Of a stretch of 63,221 nucleotides of DNA, positions 39,401-51,400 are shown piece by piece (position 1 is the first letter of the stretch; each line of letters opens with the position of its first letter). The stretch lies in NCBI GenBank assembly GCA_002633005.1, contig NMRA01000297.1, positions 43,909-107,129 on the forward strand, written 5' to 3'. The notes beneath the pieces were generated by a model, which saw only the letters and a program-made list of their open reading frames with translations, was not told where the DNA came from and searched no databases. Source of the DNA: Phoronis australis. Taxonomy: Eukaryota; Animalia; Phoronida. A program made the position numbers and the translations under genes.

Positions 39401-42400
39401 GTGTGTGTGGCACTATACTCACTACAACTTCAAACTAATTGATAGAAATGAGCATGCAACAATTTAGTTTGACCAGAATAACACATCCATTCCAACCATT
39501 ATTAAACAATTATAGCAAGTAGAAATATTTTCACATTTCATGACCTTTTTGTGACAAAAAAAAAACAAAATAACCAACTATCACTATGTCTGTAATATAA
39601 CGGAAATCTATAAAGACCCTAATGTTCAAAATGTGGATCTAGAAGATAGAGATAGAGATAGAGACAGTAAAGCTGAAGGAGTGTCATTCATTCTAAAATA
39701 AATTCATTGTTTTATTCCCTATTGAACAGAACACTAAAGTTAAATGTGGACTAGCAGATTTTAGTTCACTTCAGGGACAATGTATAAACACTGCATGAAC
39801 AATGCATGGACACTTTATGAGCAATGGGCACCACGAACATTATACACTTGCATGTCACATGAAAGATATTTTCCAAACTCAATATATTTTTAATAAAAAT
39901 TGAAAGAATATTTGAATCCTATTTTGAAAACGGTCACAATATTTTTTCCAAAAATCTGTTCACAGAAACCATTTAACTTAAAAGTAGTAGGCTTAACTTC
40001 ATTAACAATAATATAGTTCATTTCAGGTATTAAATGGTCTTTCCCCTTAAACCTACCATTATAATGAACAGACTTGCACAAAATAGAAGTTTTAACTTTG
40101 TTTCAAATTTTAGAAGATAGTTGTGGGAGGAGACTATTACTTTTTTACAACTTTTTAAAAAAATGCTTTGTATGTACTCTCTGCAGTTGTACATCTGAAG
40201 GTAAATCTAGAACTTCAAAGGACATTTCTGATATATCATTCAAGACATCATACATATTAAATAGTTTTATTTTTAAAATACGAATCAGTCAAGAAAATGT
40301 TAATATCATACATTCGAATTACTCTTTTAATAAAATCAGTTTAACTTAAAATCATTTGCCCGTGGCAGGTGACCTACATCTTGAATGTATTTTCCTTTTC
40401 ATGTCAAGTGACCTACATAATATCCAATGTATTTCTTTTTTGTCACAGGCCATGAGCAAGGATTCCTACCTAACAGCAGAGGAAGAGTACCCTGGACATC
40501 AGCTTCCAGGGGGCACTATTGTGCTCTCACCCCATAGCAAGTGGCTAGCATCAGCTGGAATGGATGGAAAGGTGGTGTTTTCAAATAAACTATTATCAAC
40601 TAGTATTATTTTTTATACAATCACTGACTTTCACCTTGGTCAGTATTTTGATTTCAAACCCTAAAAATGTGATAATGACTGAGGTAAAAACTGATACCAG
40701 GCCCTTGATATTCCAAATATTCTAAGCTACGACCTTGAGCGAAATATTTATTTTTTGTTGTCCCAAAGTGGTAAGGAGAATTTTTACTGAATTACCTGAT
40801 TGTCACTTCTTAGTACTTGATGGCAGGAGGCAGTGTTTGCCTTGTCCATTCTATGGCGATTACTTTTTCTGTCAGTGCGTTACCAATTTTTTACGCAATG
40901 AAAATCTGAGATATGCTACAGTTTAGGTAAGGACCATGGGACAATCAATTAATTGGGAAAGATATTTTTGGTGGCTTATGACATTGCAGTGAGTGCAGTA
41001 GGTTCTTGAATATTGCTCCCTTGAAATTATTTCTAATCATGGCGTAGATGTGTTTGACCCAGTCTTAGCTGTTTGTTCTACTGCAGCAATGTGCTAAATC
41101 TACATTAATTTGGTCCTGCCATCTGTTGCCAGCAGCTTGTACTTGGACATTCTGGACATCATGTAGCTCCAACACATTGTACAGTACTGTAAGATATGTG
41201 CTTTTAGTGTCGTTTCTGAAAGGTTGTTGGTATCATTTTTTATCTTTTTGCTAGCTATACATTCGAGCAGTCGGTGCATTGGACCGTGTCATAGGAGTCT
41301 ACCCACATGATTACCGTCATGGAGGGGTGCGTAATGTTGCCTTCTCTGCTGATTGTCAGTATATTCTGACCACTGGTATGAATGACGGTGTACTGTGCTG
41401 CTATAAATGGAAGTAAGTCCACCTTTCAAAGTTGTGTCTTGTTTTTCAAATGAATGTTTATTCTGGTCATTCCACTATACTGTCCATAACTTCTGTCATT
41501 ATTGGCTATTTCTCACACTAGTCTTAGAAATTTCATATAATTACTGTTTGCTGTCCATAACTTCTGTCATTATCAGATATTCCTCATACTTTTCTTAGAA
41601 ATTTCACTGTATTACCATGATTATGTTGTTACTGTCATTATCAGCTATTTCTCACACTAGTCTTGGTAATTTCACTATATTGCCGTGTGCTTTACTTATT
41701 TTTAACTTCTGTCATTACTACCAATGTTGCTTCAGTATGCCGTCCATAACATATGTCATTACCAGCTATTTCTCACACTAGTCTTAGTAATTTTAATATA
41801 TTATGGTGAGGTGTTCTTAACTTCTATCTTTACCAGCTATACTGAATCAGGCCAAGAGAAAGCCAAGTCGGCCATTTCCCTGGCACAGGCTCGCAGAGCA
41901 GAGATACTGACTGAGACTAACAAGGAAGAGCAATGCTTGGCTGACTGTCGTGAGTGGGAGCCACTGTCCAATAATAGACCAAGCACAGCCAGCATTCAGG
42001 AAAAGGTATAGTGAAATCATATTGTATGACTGTTTAGTTTAATATTTCTGATTGTGTACGCTTTGCACTATGTGCCAAGAATTGCATATAACTACCTGAC
42101 AGTTTGGGGCATCATGAGGAGGTCCTCATTCAAATTTTATTACATTCTTTTGGGATATTAAGATCACCCTGGCTAACAAACCATGATGGTGTACACAGGT
42201 CAAGTCAATCTTGTCAGCTGCTCAGGCAGCTGGTGGATTTAGTGTAACAGTTATAGTCTGAAGAATTTAAAATGGGCAGAAAAGAGTGTTGCCAGGAACA
42301 GGATCAGGAGTGGTTGTCATTGACAGTCATCTCTGTTCCCTAATCCCCAGAAAGAGGTTTGTCATAAAATTCCAGGTGCTGTGGTTAGAGTTAGGGTTAG

Positions 42401-45400
42401 GGTTAGGGTTAGGGTGCTGTGGTAATTGCCCAAGGTTGTTATTCCATCTGGTAAAAACTTTATTTCATAGTTGCCCAGTGGGAAATAGGATGCAGTCACT
42501 AATGTTTTGCCTTAACTTAACAATTAGAGGATGCCAGTTTACTGTGATGTCCAATGCGGTGTACAGTAGGATTAAGTGGTCAGGATAGAGTTTATTTGAA
42601 AATACTCATATGTTTGCTGTTTAGGAATGCACAGGGAAAGCAATCTGTTTTTAATTATTAAATGTCATGGTCTTGGTCTTGCCTAAGTTGAATATTGAAT
42701 TGGCAAGCAATTCACAGAAGATTTATCATGTTAATATTGTCATTCAGCTTAAATGGGAACTAATTATTATAACAGTAAGTTGCACTGTCCTGCATCTGCG
42801 GAAGTAATGTTTCGCTTCAACAACAATCATTATGGCGTTTTCCCCGTTGCTCCCAACTTGTTCCATTCTATAGCTCAACAACAAGTTGGGAAGATGACCC
42901 CTGTAGCCAATATCTTGCTCGACTGATTAACTCCATTCTGGCATTTATGGTTGGAGGGCCAGCTCTCTTTTGTTCGATAATTGCTCTAATCTCCACTAAA
43001 ATCTTATCTAGCCTGACTGGGCTGTGCTGTAAAAATAAAAGTTAAGTCATAACATATTTGAACATAAACCAATAGCATTTCTGAAATCCTTGTCAAATGG
43101 TGATCATGTTTAGTTTTTGAATCGCCGAAATCGCCCAACTACAATACCGAAGTTACGACGATCTATTCTTTCCAAAGGCTTCGGGTTTGACTGTGTTCAC
43201 AAGTGGTCTGTAATAAGCCTGGTAGATAATTGGCCTGCCTGTTGTCATACCAGACAAAAGACTGTGTTTGGGAGTTAAGAAAGAAGCTAGATGCTATCAC
43301 ATGCTCACCACCCTCTACATCTGGTAAAGTCACTGAACGAGAAAACGCTGTCATGATGCTGTATCACCATCGCTAAAATGTATCTGTTACCACGTTAGCT
43401 ATGACAATACTTAACAACCATTGATTAAATGGGTCACTGTTGTCCACTCATATTGCAAGTGTCACGATTATTTTACAGGAAAAGGAGCGAATTCAGAAAG
43501 CCATTGAAGAAGATGATATTTACACAACACCAACTCCTGTGTTGTCCAGTCAAGCCACATGGCTGGAAATACGAGAATTGGAGGTAAAGTTGATTTGGAG
43601 TTGTCTTACTGGTTACTCAGTTTTTTGTCTGGATTGACTGGAGACTGTGAGAGATTGGAGTACACTCCTTGTTGGTAATGTCAGATAGAGTGGTGTAAAC
43701 ATGGGCGGGACACCGTGGGGGGATGGGGGTCTATAGCCCCCCACTTTTTTCAGTGCTGCGCCGCCCTTGGTCTATAGGCACCGCACTGCAGGTGGCTAGG
43801 GGCCCCTACTTTTTTCAGTGCTGCGCTCCCCATGTGTAAATAGAGAGTATGAGTGGTTGGTAATGTCAGACAAAGAGTTCAGTGGATTGTGTTTCAAATA
43901 CTTGCTAGTCAAACTGACAATAAGTTCCCTCGCTTAAACGTGAAGCTGCAATTTTTTAATTAATGATTGCTAAATTGAGGAAATCAGCCTGGATTTTGCA
44001 ATTTCATGGTCACTGTGTTTGTTACTTTGGGCATGTTGTAGGCCATTAAGGAAGAGGACAAAGAGTATGCTTCACTGAAGCATGACTTAAGGTCAGAAAT
44101 TAGAGACATGAGACGACAGGTGAGTAGTTGTGAAATCAGTTCATTTGTGGTTTGTAATGTAGCACTTGAATGTTAAATGTTGTGCATGACCAGTTTCCTT
44201 GTTTGTAAAGAACTGGATACTTATTGAGTATTTAAATGGCTGATATGCCAATAGACAATTTTGTGGATCTGTTCCTGTGGCAACAGTGAGGAGTTTGAGA
44301 GGCTGCTATTTTTCTTGTTATCCACTTAACTCACACAAAAGATGGTGGTTAATATTATTAAGTGTGGTTGCTTTCAAATTATGATCAGCACCAAATCCCA
44401 ACTAATGTGGCATGGAACAACACAGCACATTAAAGATTTTAAAAATGGAATTGTGATATGCCTATTGGTTATTTAGTCCATAAATCTTAAGACAAAAATT
44501 AACCTTCATTTCTTGTTTAGTTTTAACTCCAGATAACTGTGATTTCCAAATGTGAATATAAGCCTTGTCCATTGTTTAGCGTAGTTGCAGTCTTTTGTCC
44601 CACAACGTGACTCCTTCCTCAATACTATGGCTTACAGAGTAACTAAAACTGAATGTAACTAATATCCTCAACAGATGCCTGTGGTGCGTCAGGAATGTTG
44701 CAACACAGAACATTGTCATTGTGTGTGCCTTTTTTGGCATTTATGTAATTAGTTACCATCGTTCAATTTCCCAAAGTGTCAGTCAGTAAGATGTATACAG
44801 TTTTGTCATTTACATTATCTTCAGTTAATAACAGCTCTTTAATTTTGTTGATTAGCTCCAGACTATGATGAAAGAAAATGAAGTTCTGCCTGAAATTGAA
44901 AAACTGGGTCACCATGAATTCGACCTAGATACAGAAGAGCAAGCACGTCTGCAACAACTTGGGGATGATGAAGTTGCCAGAGTAAGTTGTGGCTAATGAT
45001 TAATACTGTTGGAATATGATACTTAACAGAGCTGAGCTATCGTTATATATAGTTTATGTATAGTGATACCCAGCAACAAGGAATGATCAACAGTGAACTG
45101 GGACACAGGGTTTAAGCAAAACGCTTTTTATGCAACCCTCCATGTATTAAAGTTGCATTTTTTCTCTCCTCCAATGAATAGCAGCTGTTTGTTGTGTACA
45201 CTGTAGTTTGAGCAATAGCAATTAAATCTCTGCACATATAGTTTGCTGTACACTGTTGTTTGAGCAATAACAATTAAATCTCTGTGCACATTATAGTTTG
45301 CTGTACATTGTAGTTTGAGCAATAACTATTATAAGACTATGTCCACACAGTGTGTTGTACACTGCAGTTTGAGCAATAACTATAAAACTCTGCACACATA

Positions 45401-48400
45401 GTGTGGTGCACACTGTTTTGAAACCCTGTGCACATAGTGTGGTGTGCACTAAAACTCCACCACTTATTACAAGTTTTTTATATCCAAAATGTTGTTAAAG
45501 AACTCAGCCTTGTATAAAATGCTAGAATTTTGGTCTCTGGTAACATTGATGTCGCTCTTAGAATCCTTGAGTAAGCTTCTATTTACAGATTCGAGAGGAA
45601 ATTGAGTTTCAAAATTTAGCCAAGATGTACCTGAAGGAACTGATCAAGATGGAATGCTGGGATAGCATGGTGGTCAAAGGCCGTGCTCTCACGGTTAGTT
45701 GTGTGATTTAAAATTTATGTCTGTAGTATCAAGTCAACCAATATTTACGTTGCTGTGGCCATTTTGATGTAAAATTTTAATGAGAATTTAAGGTGAAGCA
45801 TCACTTATAGGCTTTGACTGAAGAAACTAATTGTTTTATGAGCGGCCATTACTATCGTGAAGGTGACAGTTGCATCATATACACAATGCATTGATCAGCT
45901 GTCACTCAGCTATCATGATGGCCAGTTCTGTTCACGGTCAGTTGCCATGAAGAGCAATTTATTCCAGATCATTTTGTCTCTGATTTGTCTGGCCTCTGAA
46001 TTATGACCTGCATGGTGTTTTGCTCACTTGTAGTTTTTAAAAGGCCCTTGAAAATAGTTGAAATTTGCACTGGCTACACAACTCGGAGATTCTTGACAAC
46101 ATGGTATAAATCTTGTTATTTTTCAGGCTTAATGGTTTGGTGGAAATCACCTCTACATCAGGTGTTTGTGGAACAAATTGAACTTTACAAATTTAAAGTA
46201 GTGTGACTGATTCAAGGAAGCTTCCTGTGAATGGACCTCCCTTTTTAAGCTCACTTTCTATGTGGGAGGATATCCTAGTTTTCTAGCTGCATGAAAAAAT
46301 AGCCATCCTCCTCTGGAATATTTTTAGTTTCTTGTTTTTTTATGATCATATTCATTTTGTCAGTGTTTTAATGCTGTTTAGATGAATAATTATATCTTTC
46401 AGGCCTTCAACAGTTCAACAGAGGTTTCTAACTATCCAATGAAGGCACGTGGAAAAGATGAACAAGCATTTCTTGAAACTGTGATGAAAAGACGTCGCAT
46501 TGAGATTGCTGAGAGAAGTGTATGTCACTCTGTTTTATCAATTATTATTTATCATACAAATATGTAGGCTAATGTGATATCAGGTCATAGAAACAATATC
46601 ACAATGCTGCATCTAGTGGGCGATATTTGCATAATCGCACCAAATTTTGGAATTATGCCTCAAAATGAGACACTTCCCGTTATGCAGTTTCATGGGAATA
46701 GTATGGTCTTGGCATATGTGTAAATAGTATGATCTTGGCATGTGTTTAAATAGTATTGTCTTGGCATGTGTTTAAATAGTATTGTCTTGGCATGTGCGTA
46801 AATAGTATGGTCTTGTATGTGACTGTGTAAATTGTATGGTCTTGGCATGTGTGTATTTAGTATGGTCTTGGCATGTGTGTAATACTAAATAGTATGGTCT
46901 TGGCATGTGTGTAAATAGTATGGTCTTGGCATGTGTGTAGATATTCCATGTGCACCACACGGGGACACTCATCAAAAGAATGTTGGGAATGTCAAGTTAC
47001 CACATTTGACCATTGGTTTCACTTAAATGCATATTATTGTTGTTCATCATGCATTTTTCATATGATGGTAAACTTTATGTGCTAGAAATTATTAAATATT
47101 TCAGATCCATCCAGATGGACTGTCTCTTGCCTAGTGCTCTGTTTATGTCATCTTTTTGGCAATTTAATTAGTGTTTTCAATGGTGGAATGTGGCATGACT
47201 TTATCGTTAATTCCATAATTCTAGGCTCGGCAAGAAATCACGGAAGTGCCTTCTAAAGTGACAGTAACGTCGGTAAGTGGATTTTCTTAAAAATGTTCAC
47301 AATACTTCATGACAAAATGTTGCTTCCATTATTATTGGAATTCTGTTGTTCTTGTTGTGCTGTTGCGTAGTCTACTATCTGGTCACAAGATACATTACTC
47401 ATCAGTTGCCCTGTTTGTGAATAGTCTACCATCTCCTCACAGTATACCTTACTAATCAGTTGCCCCGTTCATGAATAGTCTACCATCTGGTCACAAGATA
47501 CCTAACTACTTGTTGATAAAGTAGTTTACCATTCAGTCATATTGAATGGTGCAAGAAACTGATTACTATCAGGTGTTAATCACCTAATTTTTTGATTGGT
47601 TGGTATTTAAAAATGTCTTGTTTCCTAGATGCACATTTTGAACCAATGATATTCATTACATTAGCCTATGATAAATAAACAAACAAGAAATGTGTATTTC
47701 AGAAATGCAAGTTATAGCAGACTAAAATTGTTTAATAAGTGAAGTGTGCCATACCACTCTGTTCATAATGCAAAATGCTCGTGATGGATCTCTGGGGTTA
47801 CAGGGACTATAAATCTGACACGCTTTTATCAGCGATTTCAATAGTTTAGTACCCATTCGGGCTGTAGGGGTAATAAACATGGTAATTATGCTTGGTCTGG
47901 CAATAGAACTAATAACGCCGTCAGGTAATGTATATAAGTGTGAAATCGCATGTTACTGGCCAAGGTTTGGGGTTTTCACGGGAATTTACACCAACCAGAA
48001 AATGAGGCGAGGTTTTTCGGGTCAGTCAATCATGACCAAAGCACGCTGTGGTTTGCTGCTGCGGTGTTTACAGAATATGTTTCAGTTCTCGTCTGATTTT
48101 AAAATTAAAAATGGTCAGCATATGACAAGGAATTTAGAATTATATTAGATTTAGAAGTGTCTGACTGTGTGTTATTTCTTTTTTTCATGGTGGAGCACAG
48201 TCTGAGTGTGTAAGGTCTACAGCAATTTCAAACAAATGGCCATTTGGCTCTAAGTGATGAAGTAAATCAGTGGTCAACATTTCCAACTTCTGAAGTTGAC
48301 ATCACATTGCTCTCAGATTTACACTGACTGAAAGAAAATATTTGTCAACAATTATTGTTTTCAAACATGCATAGAGGAAACAAGAGGGGCAACTTGCTAC

Positions 48401-51400
48401 CGAACACCTCTACTGTATACCTGAGTGGGAGGACTTATTATCACTCTTGGGTCACTTTGAACACCCCTACTCTATACCTGAGTGGAAAGACTAAGTGATA
48501 AACTTCTTGTCAGTCTGGAATCAGTTTGAAGCCTTTGAAGTTTGAATTATTGGAATATTAAATATGTTATTCAGGCATGCAGACTGTTACATGACTGTTT
48601 AGTTTTGACTTTTTAAAGTCAGTCACTTGAAATTTATGTTAGCCTTAGATTTAGATGTGTCTGTAATGAGCTTATGTTGTGATAAAACAACATCCGGATG
48701 TGATTGCTGATCTTTGTCTGTATGGGTTCATGTTGTGATAAAACAACATCCGGATGTGATTGCTGATCTTTGTCTGTATGGGTTCATGTTGTGATAAAAC
48801 AACATCCAGTTGTGATTGCTGATCTCTGTATGAAACCATGTTGTGGTTTTTAAAAAATCATTCAGTTGTCATTGTTGATCTCTGCAGAATGAAGAGATAG
48901 AAGATGATGAAGACGAGGGTAAAGAGAAACCAGCTTTGATTGGTAGTATGGGTAAGAATAAAACAGCATACTTAAGCTAAAATTAAGCAAGTTCTAGTTA
49001 AGATTTAATGGATGCTACAAGGCAAATAGTTACATTTTATGGATGCCACAAGGCAAACCATTAATAGATGCTACAAGGCAAATTGTTAATTCAATGGATG
49101 CCACAAGGCAAATGTCAACTTAATGGATGCCACAAAGCAAATCCTTACTTAAATGGATGCCACTATGCAAATTGCTAATTTAATGGATGCCACAAGGCAA
49201 ATTGTTACTTCAGGGTGCCACAAGGCAAATTGTTAATTCAGTGGATGTCACAAGTCAAATCGATGCTACAAGGCAAACTGATAATTAAATGGATGCCACA
49301 AGGCAAACCGTTAACTTAATGGGTGCCACAAGGCAAATCGTTACTTTAATGGATGCCACTATGCAAATTGTTAATTTAATGGATGCTACAAGAGAAATGT
49401 TAATTTAATGGATGCCACAAGGCAAATGTTAATTTAATGGATGCCACAAGGCAAGTAGTTAATTTAGTGGATGCCACAAGGCAAATCATTAATTCAATGA
49501 ATGTCACTAGGCATGCTTTAATAATTTGCTGCTGGTTTTCCAAGATGGTGTTGTTGGTTATTGTTAGTGGTGTTTGTGTTTAAGTGCGTTGTGCTGGATT
49601 CTGTCTGACATACTGGTGACTATCTTTTTATCTTATTCAAATATCACCAGCCATTTCAATTTAAGATGTGATATGTTGAAATAAGCCAAATGTTGCTGGT
49701 AATCTCAGCCATTCACCCACTCCATACTTGTAAGGCGATGCCTACATTTCCTTGTCTGTAAAGTAAGTGTTTATGACAGACTTCAAGAGAATGGAAGTTA
49801 TTTTCTTGAACTGCTTCATTATCCATTTGGCTTACAATGTAATTTAGTCCTCCAAATTCTTAAATTAATTACTTGCAGCGCCAATGGAACCTTAGATTTT
49901 GCTTGGTGACCTGGGAAAAATCCTTAGTCGCCATGTAGTCGCCCGACTGCGAGTATCAAAGTCAGTCAATAATTCCGCGAAATTCAATTCAACGTTTGCG
50001 TTGACCAGCAAACTTTAAATGACTAGCTGTTTTCCTAGAATTAATACCTTTGGTTCGCAATGTTTATTTCATGAAATCTGTGCATTTGCCACACAGCAGT
50101 CAGCACACATCAAGTACGTGCTTATATTAGAACAGGAAGTAAACTGACGAAAGTCGTAATTGTACGTCAAAAGTCAGGTAAGGTCAGTGACTCAGTGCCA
50201 CCAGTGCATGCAACTGTGTTCCTTGGTCAGAGGACTTAAGTTAGAGAATAAACATACATTAAGGTGGAGAAGGTACTTGTAAGGTACTGTGGGACACATT
50301 ACAACCGGCCACCTCAGATTTCATTCATTCAATTTTGGCGACCTCAAATTTCATTTGCCGACCTGGAATTTTTGCAAGGTCACCAAATGCTACTTGTCGC
50401 AAGGCTAAGCGACCAGCACTGACTTGTATGTCTTCACCCTTTCTGTATTAATTTGGAAATCATGCTCATTTTAGAACTAAACCTGCCAATTATGCTAAGC
50501 TGTCAAACAATTTGTATGTCTACTGATACCATGTTCAGAACTTACTTCTTATGTCTGACACCTGTCAATCTCTATTGTTCACTGTTTTTTTTCTACATCT
50601 TTCAATGCCAGCTGACATAGCACAAACATCCTCAGATGAGGACATTGTGTTTATGTATGTGGATGATTATGGTAAATTGCGTGATGCAGTTCATTTTAAT
50701 TTTTTTAACACTTTATTTAACCACGATATTTTGCTATCCAACAATTCAGTTTCACAATTATCAGATTGCTTTCTTTTGACCAATCTCATGATGGTTTTGC
50801 AATGCATGGCTAATGTTCTTTCTCAAAATCACTGATTTTGATCAGTTTGGCCACTGTCATAGTAGTGTTTGTGGAGATAACAATGTAGGGATCATGTTCT
50901 ACAAGCTCATGTTGTTAATAAGACAAAAGTCTCGTTAATGGATTATTTTAGCTGTAGTGACGGTGTTTCACTGAAAGGCGAAAATTCTGCCTAGTACACA
51001 TAATAGAATTCTCCAAAATGGAGGTGTAAAACCATCAGGTACTTTTTTACTATTAAGTATTTTGGAAAACTAACTTTTAGTAAGTGAACAGTTTTAAAGG
51101 GGGTCTCCTAAATATCTGGGCACATTATGCCGTCTTCTCTGTCCGTCCTTCGTCCATTCGGTGTCCGTCCAGCATTTGGTGCTCCAAAACCCCTCTATGT
51201 TGATAAAATTTTGCAGATATTATGCTCCTTTCTTGGATAGGAAGTTATGAGCAAATTTTCGGATGGATCCGACTACCAGTGCCCCATAGTGGCAATTTTT
51301 TACTTAAGTTTGCATCTGTATCTTTGGTGATCTCGAACAGATTTTCAAGAAATTTGGCAAACAGGTATCTAGTATTACAAAGATGACACCACCTTTACGT

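Noticed and set aside
49004-49512. CRISPR-like array (conserved GGATGCCACAAGGCAAA core with variable linkers)
   Set aside because: Linkers are only ~12 nt and similar to each other, the context is a eukaryotic intron, and no cas genes are present. It is an ordinary minisatellite; the same applies to 6134..6679 and 19264..20004.
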